DNA from: Camelus ferus
Lineage: Eukaryota
DNA length: 64,000 nt
Direction of reading: 5' to 3'
Assembly (NCBI RefSeq): GCF_009834535.1
Contig: NC_045697.1
Coordinates: 63,738,001-63,802,000 of the forward strand
Shown here: positions 1 through 13,115 of the stretch, piece after piece
Position numbering within the stretch: the stretch's first letter is position 1
Layout of the letters: each line of letters starts with the position of its first letter
Notes under the pieces: model-generated
Seen by the model: only the letters and a program-made list of their open reading frames with translations
Databases searched by the model: none
What the model was told of the DNA's origin: nothing
Program-made: the position numbers and the translations under genes

Positions 1-91
1 GTTTCATTTAAATGAGCCTTGAAGTTTAGCAGGCCTAGAAAAGAGTTGGAGATTGTGAATGTGGCCATTGAATGTGAAAGTTTCCAAAGGC

Positions 92-312
92 AACATAGTG
101 TTATACCTGAACCCGGTCTTCCCAGTTTCAAATCCTGGCTTCCCTTCTCGTTAGCTATCGAATTGACCTTAAGCAAGACAGTTAACTTCTTCATGGCTCA
201 GACTCCTTGTCTAGTACCAATCTCAGAGTTATTGTGAATCGATTAACTTGTTTTTATAAGATTCTTAGACTCTTATCTGAGGCAGGGCAAGTGCCAAGTA
301 AAGTGCTTAGTA
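92..312 (+). mobile_element. MIR SINE relic
   Basis: Core-like TTTCAAATCCTGGCTTC...TGACCTTAAGCAAGACAGTTAACTTCT and a 3' AGTAAAGTGCTTAGTAA. Confidence 0.55.
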
Positions 313-3300
313 AGTAAGTAGATAGAAGGGCTTTATAATATACTCATTTCAGTGGGGTTTATGATACCAAAACCATCTTTTAAAGAATATTGATGGTTCT
401 CTGGGTGTTTAATACAGTGTTACAAAGTCCTGGCTCTGAAAAGGTACCTCACTTTTGTAACCTTGTGTTGAAAGAAGGAATGTTATGTAGTCCCAATTAA
501 CTAACAGTGTAAGGCAGAAAATAAAAAAGAATTAAGAGCAGCAGTTTTTGTGATGTTAACCACACTTTAAAAACCCTAGCTTTGCTACTCATCACTTATA
601 TGGCCTTAGAAGAGTTATTTGTTTTCTTCAAAACCTACTTATTTCAGTTTAATAATAAGAACAGGAAAAATATTATATGTTGTTTGTATCATCCTTATTT
701 ACTTTTCGCTTATTTACTTTTCTAGCAAAATTCAGTTTTTCTTTCTCTATTACCCAAGTGATTAAGATTTGCCATTTTTGATATTTCTAAATAGAGGCCC
801 CAAATCTCTTATAAGTCATTTTATATTTATATGATTCCAAGTTTTATTGCATATTAGATGGCAAAACATTAGCATTATGTATGTCTGTTAAACATTTGAT
901 TTTCTTGTTGATATATCCAAGACTGAATATTTTCTTCTAATCATAATACCAAGCTCAGGAAAGATACAGATAATTGTATGTATGGGTATTCCAAAAATAA
1001 AAGTACACATCGTAGAAGTTCGAACTAACAATACATCTGTTTTTCCTCTCCTTTGTGCTTATCTGTTTATGGAAGAAGTAACAATTGTAGTTATAGAGAC
1101 TAATCTTAAAGTTTCTTGTCGACTGGATAACTTCACAGGAAACTGAAGCACTGAATGGAAAATAAACTTTTATGGATAAACACCTTTTTATGCATCCCCG
1201 AAGAATGCCTTCTGTTTATATGAACAAAGGCTTCGTTCATAATTATACTCCAGTGCACTTTCTGTCTGTTTTGCATATCCAACTTGCAGTTTTCTTGTTG
1301 TTAGAAATGTTAGACTGTGTCATTTTGAAGTTGAGTATTATGATCAACTCTTTCCAATAGTATTTTTTTTTTGTAGAAGATGTTTTCTGTTGTGAAATTT
1401 AGATAAATTGCTCAAATTTAGAAACTTTGATAGTATAGCCTTGTTTCCTCCCCAGACAGTCTAGGTAAGGAAAATATGCTTTAGGAGTATCAGTGAATGT
1501 GCCAGTCAGTGTTTAAAAAGATAACTTAAATTCCCTTCTTTGAAAGAGATGGGAAAAAGTGAGTTGTTGAAGTTGCAATCTGCAGTTTTGATATTCATAT
1601 ATAAAAGGGGGCAGGTGTTCTTTTCTGCTAAGTCATTCCCATAATACATTTACCCTGTATTCAGAGATGGATATGCTTACTGCCAAGCCTTGGCAGAAAG
1701 TTTCAGGAAAACATTGATTAAACTCTATAGGTGAACAAAGGAGAGAAGATTAGCCATTTGGAATGTAATGTTCTTTCAACCTTTTCTTAGCTTCTTTCTT
1801 CTTACATACTTTCTTTGATTCCTAGTATTAAGCCTAAAATGAACTATGATTTTTAATGTATTTTCAGACAATTAAATTTATATATATAGGTAATATGTAT
1901 GGTCAGTATCAAATTCCTGAGAACATTCGTCAACCACCTTTTTAACATTAATCTTCACTAATATTTATAGAATTTGCATAGCCTCTAAATATATTTTTGA
2001 GATGTTAAGAAGAGGATTGAGTAATAATGAACAGATGCAAAACACGCTGTCTATAATCAAAATAAGTGGTTGGCTAACTTGGTTAAATCAGCATTTCAAA
2101 CTGGAGGTAACTTAGATGCTGGCTAACAAGTCATCTGTACTCATTATATGTGTATAAATAGAAAAAAACAACATATTTATGACTGTTATTACACAGTAGA
2201 TTAATAGAACTAAGTCTACAGAGATATACAGATTAAATAAAATTGGTATATTGTAGGTAGATAGGCAGATGGGTAGATATATTTATACATAGGGTATCAT
2301 GTAATTTACATTTATAGATAAGTGTGAATATAGCATATTTTTTAAAAAGAATTCCTAATTAGTAAATGATGAAAAAAATTAGGAGGCTATATCAGGGATT
2401 GGGGAAGTTTGGAAAAGTGGAGAATTCCCAAACTGCATGGTGTTTTTATAGATTATCTAGTTTTATTTTCATAATTTCAAAGATAATAAAACTGACTTGT
2501 GCAGCTGAGTTCACATGATGACTAAAATTGTTTGGTTTTAATATAAGAGATATTAATTATAACATATCCAAATGGGGGAAGATATTTATATTTTTATTAA
2601 CAACTTACATGATAATTTGCATATAATATTCAAGGATCAATGGTTATACCAGTTTTAATCCATTAATTCAGTATGTATTCAATTCTTGCTATGATCAAAG
2701 ACCTCTGTTAGACTTAAATAAATTTTGGAATATGATGCTTGACCACAGCAAAGTATGGCTGGAACAAAATTTATGTATGATTTATGGATGTAATTGCATG
2801 AGACGTAGACTTCAGAGAGAGACAGGGAGTTCCACTATGTAATTGTCTACTTATTCTTTTTTAGAAATTAATTAATTAATTTTTATTATTTATTTTTACT
2901 TATATCAACATGGTGATGACAAACTGAAAGACAGTGAGGGCAGAGTTAATATGAAGGATGATTTGACACATCTTAGATACTAATTTATTATTACTTTAAA
3001 AGAAGAAACAAAGATACTGCAAGGTTTTAAGTCTGATGGGAACAACTATCTGACAAATGTAAGGAACTGACAAGAAAACTAAAATATGGGATGATAATTT
3101 AGTTTTAAACTTTTTATTTTAACATAAAGTGAGTAGTTGTGTAAATTCTCACTGCTTAGTTCGTTCATGAGAGGAATCTGTCAGGAGAAAGAACAGTTCT
3201 GGGAAGTCATCTTCAGGCAGGAGATAGTTAAATCTAGGAGAAAAGTTGAGAGCTTCAAGCTAAGAGAAAAATAGCTAGATAACCATGGGTGTGGATCTTT

Positions 3301-4903
3301 GACTATATTTACATGTCCTGTATGATTAGGAGGAGGAACCTGATGTGGAGAGAGAAAAGTAACAAGAAACAAAATAAAACCAAGATGGTGTTAGCAATCA
3401 ATGGAAGGGTTTCAAGAGGAAAGAATGAGTACCTCAAAAACATCTGTTCTCTTTTTTCTATTCTAATTCAATAAATCTCTGTCTCTCTCTCTTCTTACCC
3501 ACTACCCCACTCCCAGCCCCTGCCTCTCTCCTATTCTAACTTAGAAAAGGGCCATAGAAAAGTGGGTGTTTAATAGAAGTGTTTTGATGTTTTAATTTGA
3601 ATATTTGGGCTTTCTTAACTAAATTCTGCATATGTATTATATAAAGTGTTTGCCAGCATCTTTTGTCCTCCTATGGGGACTTTAAATATCTCTCTCTCCC
3701 ACCTCCCCATTGGAGGTTTATATTATCCTCAAGCTCAATAATGTGAATGATTTCTTCTAACCTTTTCCCTACTATTACCAATTTGGTGATTGGTTTTATG
3801 ATGGCAAAATAATAATGAAAAATGACTTGTTTTTGTTCCTAGTCCATATTTCTGAATGTTAATAATTCTACTAATATAGATCAAAAGATTTGTCAAAATT
3901 CTGACACTTCCAGCATAGTTTACCATTAAGAATCTATATGCTGAAAAAGTTCTTAGCTACGAGTCAACTGTTTCATATTTTCTCCCTTTAATAATGGAAG
4001 AGTATGGCTATTAATTAGTTTTACCATTTTGAAGACAGGTGACACAGCATATAAATAAAGTAAAAATATTTCACTTGAATTGTGTGCTGTATCTCTAGCA
4101 ATTGAATGAAAATATCTTTCCCAGGTTTTCAGAATATGCATTAATTTTGGCATCTAATCATAAATAAGGATTTTGAGTATAAATGTGCTTACTTTTTTAA
4201 ATTTAGTTCATTTATACCAAAAAATATTTTTTAAAAATATAATGTTTTACTTTAAAAATGATAGTACTTTTCAAAAAATAATTTATGCTACTAATACAAT
4301 TGCTTTTAATTATTGAGAAAATTTTGGTTATAGTATCTATAATAGATACATTGATTACCTTCTTGAAAACAATCTCTTGACTTAGATATTTTTACAAATT
4401 TATTTTAACTTTGCTGGGCACAACTAAGTTCTTTCAAAGAAGAATCTATGTGCTGTTCATTTCTAGGTCACAAACCTAGCATCTAGAGGAGTTCAAAAGG
4501 TTACCAAATGAATAATCAAACTTTTTCCATTTTGTACTTTAAAGTATAACACAACCCCTAAGTATTTTATTTTTAAAAATAGGATAGAACATAGTTTGAT
4601 TACATACATTGTATTATATTTTACCTGCTAGAAGCAGCTGTATTTGAAATTTGAAATGTTCTCAAATTTTTACTTTTAGTTAAAACTAAAATACATGTAT
4701 AATTGTTTCTGCTTAATATTTATTTAAAGCTATAATAAAATGAAAAATGCTCTACTTTTATTCCTAGCTTTTTATAATCTTGATGTATTCCTGGTAGGTT
4801 TTTTTAATCACTCATTAAATATGGATTATTCTTTCTGCTCAAAAGTATTGGAGAGCCTTATTTGGAAATTAAGACTACCCCACCTAAAATAGGTAGTTGA
4901 TTT

Positions 4904-5565
4904 TTTTTTAACATTTTTTATTGATTTATAATCATTTTACAATGTTGTGTCAAATTCCAGTGTTGAGCACAATTTTTCAGTCATACATGGACATATACAC
5001 ACTCATTGTCACATTTTTTTCTCTGTGAGTTATCATAACATTTTGTGTATATTTCCCTGAGCTATACAGTGTAATCTTGTTTATCTATTCTACAGTTTTG
5101 AAATCCCAGTCTATCCCTTCCCACCCTCCACCCCCCTGGCAACCACAAGTCTGTATTCTCTGTCTGTCTTATTTCTGTCCTGTATTTATGCTTTGTTTTT
5201 GTTTGTTTGTTTTTGTTTTTGTTTTTATTTTTGTTTTTTAGATTCCACATATGAGTGATCTCATATGGTATTTTTCTTTCTCTTTCTGGCTTACTTCACT
5301 TAGAATGACATTCTCCAGGAGCATCCATGTTGCTGCAAATGGCGTTATGTTGTCGGTTTTTATGGCTGAGTAGTATTCCATTGTATAAATATACCACCTC
5401 TTCTTTATCCAGTCACCTGTTGATGGACATTTAGGCTGTTTCCATGTTTTGGCTATTGTAAATAGTGCTGCTATGAACATTGGGGTGCAGGTGTCATCCT
5501 GAAGTAGGGTTCCTTCTGGATACAAGCCCAGGAGTGGGATTCCTGGGTCATATGGTAAGTCTATT
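4904..5565 (-). mobile_element. 5'-truncated LINE-1 (end of ORF2 plus 3'UTR), young camelid-type subfamily
   Basis: The minus strand encodes the ORF2p C-terminus ([23 protein letters not shown]...[10 protein letters not shown]), followed by a G-rich 3'UTR, AATAAA and a short A-tail. It is flanked by a perfect 16-bp TSD AATAGGTAGTTGATTT at 4888-4903 and 5566-5581. Confidence 0.97.
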
Positions 5566-8059
5566 AATAGGTAGTTGATTTATTTTGACATCCACAAATA
5601 GATAATTTCTAATTTCATCACAATTCATTATATATATAGTACTTATCACTCCAGTCCATTTTACATGTGAAAGATCATTTTGGGCAGAAGATTCCCACTT
5701 ATTCCAGAGAGAAGGAAGAGAAAATTACTTGTGTGGTTTGTTTTCCCCTCCAAATTACTTGACTTTGAAGTTACTTTTTAGTGTATTGTAAACATATCCC
5801 ACTTTGGTTCTTGAAATAGAATTTGGATTCTAAGGGACTAATTCTATTTCAGGAATATGTGCATGTCTTTAAAAGTTATTATAACAAATAAGCCCCAATT
5901 AGTTAAGATTTGGATTAAAAAAATCAATAGTAAATACTAATGGACCCCTGGATACTATTATTAAATATTAACCTGGGTGCTGTTAACTTTGCAGATTCCT
6001 AGATATAGAAGTAATTATCGACCACACTTAAGATAATTTACTGACCCTCATTTATTGAGCTTAATGGTCAACATTTCCTTGGAGGTATATAATTCATGAC
6101 TAACATATAACATAGTTCAGCAACTTGACAATTTGTTTATGACTTTTCCAGATATTTTGGTGCCTTAGTAATGTACAACTTGAAAAATAATATGCAAATA
6201 TAAAACATGTTTTCTATTAGTTAAACATGATTCTCAAAAGATTCCTAACTACAATCCATCACTGTAAATATGGGTCATATTCCTTTGAGAGAGTTTTTTA
6301 CTCTTCTGTTCCAAAGAGATAACAGTACATTTAACTAATTACCAAGAAGGTCAAAGACAAATAGTATTTTTCTGTGTCCCTGCCCTTGACTTATGTTAGG
6401 AAATAGCATTTATGAGAAGGATGAGAATCTGACCACAGCATCTTCCTCTCCTGAAAGCACACAGCTACCAAACAGAGGCCTGATGTGGGACAACACATCT
6501 TATCTTAAAGGAAGGCTGTGGTGTTGATTAACATCTTAGAATGGACAGTTTTAACTTCTGAATCAAGGCTATTTTATTACTTTAAATGACTTTATCTAAA
6601 TCTGAGAAGAAAATTCATGGGATCTGGCCAACTTCTGAGAAAGGGCAGAAGACTTCTACTCTATTGAATAAATATTAGAGGAACAGTGGGATAAAATTAT
6701 AGTTGGGCCTTTATTGTGCTACAGTCATGCTTATTCAATAGTATCTTTTTATTAAAAGCAAGTATAATTTCATTTCAGCACTTTTACTACTTCTGTGCCA
6801 ATGAACATACCCATGAATTTTATAAACAAATGAATTTTCCTTCAAATACCATACTTTTCATTAACCATTTCACATTTAGTCTCTCATTACTCACTTTAGA
6901 GCTTGATTAGTTAGATTCATTACGACACTGCAACTTAAAAACATTTTTCATTCATGGAATTGCTTGTGATAAAAAATATAAAAGAATTGGGAAAATATTT
7001 ACCAAACTGCTTCAGTTCTTTGTTGTAAGGTAAATGCTTGTCTAGGAATCAAAATTTCAACATGAGTATTTTTTACTAATAAATAGAGGAAGTTATTTAA
7101 TATAAAATGAGATAATTGCCTTTCTATTTAATTAAGTGATTAAGGCATCTAAATGTCCCATGTTATAACGTGGAGTCAGGAAACCTGGAGTCTGATGTGA
7201 AGTCTGACACAGAATAGGCACCCACTACATATTTCTAAGTTTTGTAAATCTTGACTTGGAGCAAGTAGCTTAATCTCTTCATTTTCTTTTAATTAAATGC
7301 ATTGTGTGATAAAGACTCTTTCTTTTAGAATAACCAAACAATATCCCTGATTCTGTTTCCTTACAGTTGCTTCTGTATTAGTTGAATGGAGTTAAAATCA
7401 ACTTGTTTTATTTTGTCACTATAACAATTTATAAAAGGAGAGTACCTTAGAATTAGGTGTATGTAACTGAGATGGATTTATGTATTTATGAAATTAAAGT
7501 CCATGTTTTGGAGCTAACATTGATATAGTGTCAGCCTAATTTAATTAAACCCAAAACTAGTGTGCTGGCATTGCCTCAATATTTTCTGCTGTCCACTCTT
7601 TTGTTTATCTAATTATACGCCATTATAAAGAGTTTGTATTCACTGTGAGCAGAACACATTGGCATGGATTAAGTGCAATAATAGAATTGCTTTGAATGAT
7701 GGCATCTGTCTTTTCCATACTCCTGTGAATTTCATTGCTAGAATATGTTACTAAAATATAATATTTATATTACTCTAAAGTAAAATTAATGCATCTTGTC
7801 CTGATGCACACATTGTATACTAATTGTTAACGTATTTTTTCCATTCTGAATGTTATTAAACTGTAGTAGAATATTACTACCTTAAAAATGTCAGATATTG
7901 TAATCAATCTTCTTCAGAAGGGAGATAATCTAAGCAACTGAAAATACAATGTAAATATAACAGTGTAATAAACCTTGCACCTTTTATTTTAAAAACTATG
8001 TCTAGCTTAAAAAAATTAATGATGCATATTTTCCCTATGAGATTGATCCTGCTGACCTA

Positions 8060-8445
8060 AATACATAATTCCTCATACCTACGTGTCTTTACACAGGCAG
8101 CTGTTATCTCTGCTTAAAATGCAATTCATATTTCCTCTTCCCTCATTGACCTTTTCCAGCTGGCTAACTTGGAGGAACACTTGACTCATCACCATCTCTC
8201 TTGTCCCATTCAGAGTGACTTGGTTGTTGCTCATCTGGGCTCCCAATGTAGGATATTTCTTACCTCAGTTATGGTACATTTACAATGTATAAAAGTACCT
8301 GATTAATTCATTATCATTTCACAATTTGATAAACTCTTTGAATATCAGAACCATGTCATCTTCGTGTTTGTATCTTAGCATCTAGGACAGTCTCTGACAT
8401 AGAAGAGACGTATTTAATGTATATGAAAGGATAAATAGCTGAATC
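8060..8445 (+). mobile_element. LINE-2 3' end relic
   Basis: TAAACTCTTTGAATATCAGAACCATGTC...TTTGTATCTTAGCATCTAGGACAGTCTCTGACATAG...TGAAAGGATAAATAGCTGAAT matches the L2 3' terminus. Confidence 0.6.
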
Positions 8446-9174
8446 AACAAAGATGTTCATGATTGGTTTACTAAGTCTCAATAACCAGAGTTGGGAAGAT
8501 CAGGACAAAGTTAAGCATCTTGAGCCAAGAGAGAAAGTCTTTTTCCTAGATAGAGTTAAATTTCGTGATATCCAAGCTTGATCCATTTTCAACTTTTTTA
8601 CTGACATATCTTGAACAAGAGAACAGCCTTCTTTTATGCTTTAACCTAATTATGTTATCCTCTTTTGAACTCTATTTTTCTACATGCTACTTGTTTTTAG
8701 GGGAAAGCAAGGTTAGGTTAACATATCTTTAAAACTTCTTGGAAAGTAAGTCTATGTGGGTTGCAAATGCAAGTGGAAATAATGAATTTGAGCTAAATTC
8801 TCTCTAAAGTAAACTTAGAATTGTGTTTCTTCTGTACTTTAAAACTATTACATAGGATTAAACCTGGCTTATTTCAATAAATATATCAAAGTAGTACATA
8901 CTTTTAAAATGTACCCTTTTTTGTTATACATTTGATTTAAATTAATACAGCTTTTAAAAAATGCACTGCACCAGGAGTTATGAAATAATAAGTAGTATAT
9001 ATTTTAATTATTATATTTTTACATGAAACGTGTAATAATTTATTCCCCAGGTATACATTTTCATTAAAATGAATTTATATTTAGAAGCTTGTTTTGCAGT
9101 GAAATCTAAGATTATCTCTACTACAAACGTAGTAAAAATTTTAGTATTAGAAACATTACATATCAAGAATTCCT

Positions 9175-12130
9175 CACAACCACTCAAAACCTATGGGACA
9201 CAGCAAAGGCAGTGCTAAGAGGGAAGTTTATAGCGATACAGGCCTTCCTCAAAGAAGAACAATCTCAAATAAACAATTTAATCCAACACCTGAATGAATT
9301 AGAAAAAGAAGAACAAAAAGCCCCAAAAAGCAGCAGAAGGAAGGAAATAATAAAGATCAGAGAGGAATTAAATACAATAGAGATTAACAAGACCATAGGA
9401 AAAATCAACCAAACCAAAAGCTGGTTTTTTGAAAAAGTAAATAAAATCGACAAACCTCTGGCCAAACTCACAAAGAAGAAAAAAGAGAGAGCACAAATTA
9501 GCAAAATAAGAAAGGAAAATGGAGAAATTACAACAAACAAAATAGAAATACAGAATATCATACGAGAATATTATGAAAAACTATATGGAACCAAACTGGA
9601 TAACCTAGAGGAGATGGACGAGTTTCTGGAAACATACTGTCCACCAAGACTGAATCAAGAAGAATCTGAACACTTGAACAATCTGATCACTAGAAAGGAA
9701 TAGAAATAGCAATTAAAAACCTCCCTACAAACAAAAGTCCAGGACCGGACGGCTTCACCAGGGAATTCTACCAAACATACAAAGAAGAACTCATACCAGT
9801 CCTTCTCAAACTCTTCCAGACGATTGAAAAGGAGGGAATACTCCCAAACTCATTCTATGAGGCCACCATCACCCTGATACCAAAACCAGGCAAAGACACT
9901 ACAAAAAAAGAGAATTATAGGCCAATATCACTGATGAACATAGACGCCAAAATCCTCACCAAAATTTTAGCAAATAGAATCCAACAACACATAAAAAAGA
10001 TTATACATCATGACCAAGTGGGGTTCATCCCAGGGACACAAGGCTGGTTCAACATACGCAAATCAATCAATGTGTAATACATCACATCAACAAGAGAAAG
10101 GACAAAAACCACATGATCATCTCAATCGTTGCAGAAAAAGCATTTGATAAAATTCAACACCCATTTATGACAAAAACTCTCGCCAAAGTGGGTATAGAGG
10201 GAACATATCTCAACATAATAAAAGCTATATATGACAAACCTACAGCCAGCATAGTACTCAACGGTGAAAAACTCAAAAGCTTCCCACTAAAATCTGGGAC
10301 AAGACAAGGATGCCCACTATCACCACTCCTATTCAACATAGTCCTGGAAGTCCTAGCCACAGCAGTCAGGCAAGAGAAAGAAATAAAAGGGATCCAAATT
10401 GGAAAAGAAGAGGTAAAAGTGTCATTATATGCTGATGACATGTTACTATATATAGAAAACCCTAAAAGGTCCACACAAAAGCTGCTAGAGCTGATTGAAG
10501 AATTCAGCAAGGAGCAGGTTACAAAAATAACATTCAAAAATCAGTTGCATTTCTTTACACTAACGATAAATCAACAGAAGAAGAAAGTAAAGAAACAATC
10601 CCCTTTAAAATAGCACCCAAAGTAATAAAATACCTGGGAATAAATCTAACCAAGGAGGTGAAAGAATTATACACAGAAAACTATAAACCATTGATGAAGG
10701 AAATTAAAGAAGACTTTAAAAAATGGAAAGATATTCCATGCTCTTGGATTGGAAGAATCAATATTGTTAAAATGGTCACACTGCCCAAGGCAATCTACAG
10801 ATTTAAGGCAATCCCTATCAAATTACCGAGGGCATATTTCAAAGAACTAGAACAAATCATAATAAAATTTATATGGAACCATCAAATACCTAGGATTGCC
10901 AAAGCATTACTGAAGAGAAAGAAAGAAGCTGGAAGAATAACTCTCCCAGACTTCAGACAATACTATAGAGCTACAGTCATCAAGATAGCATGGTATTGGT
11001 ACCAAACAGACATATAGACCAAAGGAACAGAATAGAGAGCCCAGAAATGAACCCACAAACTTTTGGTCAACTCATCTTCGACAAAGGAGGCAAGAATATA
11101 CAATGGAATAAAGACAGTCTCTTCAGCAAATGGTGTTGGGAAAACTGGACAGCAGCATGTAAAACAATGAAGCTAGAACACTCCCTTACACCATATACAA
11201 AAATCAACTCAAAATGGATTAAAGACTTAAACATAAGACAAGATACAATAAACCTCCTAGAGGAAAACATAGGCAAAACATTATCTGACATACATTTAAA
11301 AAATTTTCTCCTAGAAGAAATAAAAGCAAGAATAAACAAATGGGACCTAATGAAACTTACAAGCTTCTGCACAGCAAAGGAAACCAGAAGTAAAACAAGA
11401 AGAAAACCATACGGAATGGGAGAAAATTTTTGCAAGTGAAACCGACAAAGGCTTGATCTCCAGAAAATATAAGCAGCTCATATGACTCAACAAGAAAAAA
11501 ATAAACAACCCAATCCAAAAATGGGCAGAAGACTTAAACAAGCAATTCTCCAAGGAAGACATACAAATGATCAAAAAGCACATGAAAAAATGCTCAATAT
11601 CACTAATTATCAGAGAAATGCAAATCAAAACTGCAATGAGGTATCACCTCACACCAGTCAGAATGGCCGTCATTCAAAAATCCACAAATGACAAATGCTG
11701 GAGAGGCTGTGGAGAAAGGGGAACCCTCCTACACTGCTGGTGGGAATGCAGTTTGGTGCAGCCACTATGGAAAACAGTGTGGAGATTCCTCAAAAGACTA
11801 GGCATAGACTTACCATATGACCCAGGAATCCCACTCCTGGGCTTGTATCCAGAAGGAACCCTACTTCAGGATGACACCTGCACCCCAATGTTCATAGCAG
11901 CACTATTTACAATAGCCAAAACATGGAAACAGCCTAAATGTCCATCAACAGGTGACTGGATAAAGAAGAGGTGGTATATTTATACAATGGAATACTACTC
12001 AGCCATAAAAACCGACAACATAACGCCATTTGCAGCAACATGGATGCTCCTGGAGAATGTCATTCTAAGTGAAGTAAGCCAGAAAGAGAAAGAAAAATAC
12101 CATATGAGATCACTCATATGTGGAATCTAA
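9175..12130 (+). pseudogene. Disrupted LINE-1 ORF2 (reverse transcriptase and C-terminal Cys-rich domain; endonuclease missing)
   Basis: ORF-track pieces 9212-9703, 10113-10613, 10658-11017, 10990-11439 and 11567-12130 are colinear ORF2p segments. They are joined by frameshifts near 9700, 10075, 10513, 11005 and 11410. Confidence 0.93.
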
Positions 12131-12464
12131 AAAACAAAAATAAAAACAAAAACAAAAACAAACAAACAAAAACAAAGCATAAATACAGGACAGAAATAAG
12201 ACAGACAGAGAATACAGACTTGTGGTTGCCAGGGGGGTGGAGGGTGGGAAGGGATAGACTGGGATTTCAAAACTGTAGAATAGATAAACAAGATTACACT
12301 GTATAGCTCAGGGAAATATACACAAAATGTTATGATAACTCACAGAGAAAAAAATGTGACAATGAGTGTGTATATGTCCATGTATGACTGAAAAATTGTG
12401 CTCAACACTGGAATTTGACACAACATTGTAAAATGATTATAAATCAATAAAAAATGTTAAAAAA
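9175..12464 (+). mobile_element. 5'-truncated 3.3-kb LINE-1 (ORF2 from the post-endonuclease region through the 3'UTR)
   Basis: ORF2p motifs appear in successive frames: KSPGPDGF (~9733), [14 protein letters not shown] (~10427-10438), WKDIPCSW and the C-terminal CWRGC...HCWWEC. AATAAA and a short A-tail follow. A 7-bp TSD AATTCCT lies at 9168-9174 and 12465-12471. Confidence 0.98.
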
Positions 12465-12894
12465 AATTCCTATAGTAAATAGTATAATTTATACAGCATT
12501 AGAGATCCATGTGTACCCTGAGTTGAAAATATATTGTATATGAACATTCATGTTTGTAAAGCATGTTTAAGAGTATTTGCTTCACAAGAGGATCTTTTAC
12601 TTTACAATCTATTTCTTACCTGTCTAGCTTCCCTAGAGCCTTTACAAAAAACACTTAGAGTTAAAACGCCTTACACAAAAATTTCATAAATTCATTTGTT
12701 ACATCACACAGATGCATAGTTAAGCATACATAGCTTGGGGGATTCATCCAGAATGAAACTATTTTAAAATGACAAAAAAATATGAATTAGAAAATGGGTA
12801 TATATTTTTAAGTTTTAACCTAGAGGAATGAAAACTTCTATACATAATTGCAAATTTTTAAAAAATCCCTATGTAGAATTTTATTACTTTTATT

Positions 12895-13115
12895 TATTTA
12901 TTAACATTTTTATTGAGTTATAATCATTTTATGTTGTGTCAAATTCCAGTGTAAATCACAATTTTTCAGTGATACATGAACATATATGTATTCTTTGTCA
13001 CAGTTTTTCTCTGTGAGCTACCATAAGATCTTGTGTATATTTCTTTGTGCTATACAGTATAATCTTGTTTATTTGTTCTACATTTTGAAGTCCCAGTCTG
13101 TCCCTTCCCACCCCC
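12895..13115 (-). mobile_element. Short LINE-1 3'UTR end, related to but diverged from the copies at 4904 and 9175
   Basis: TTAACATTTTTATTGAGTTATAATCATTTT...TCCCAGTCTGTCCCTTCCCACCC aligns to 4908-5126 with many substitutions and small indels. Imperfect flanking repeat GTAGAATTTT (12873-12882) / GTAGATTTTT (13118-13127). Confidence 0.9.

Noticed and set aside
1219..1241. Small hairpin TATGAAC...GTTCATA
   Set aside because: The 7-10 bp AT-rich stem is too short to support a miRNA or MITE call.
9265..11628. Hydrophobic minus-strand ORFs (9265-9561, 10154-10537, 11067-11435, 11347-11628) that look like membrane proteins
   Set aside because: They are antisense shadows of the A-rich L1 ORF2. The same applies to 49384-49659, 50191-50721 and 63163-63589.
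5062..12306. Identical 62-aa ORF (MWNLKNKNK...) present twice, resembling a duplicated gene
   Set aside because: Both copies lie in L1 3'UTRs. The ORF is a by-product of the A-rich tract and not a host gene.
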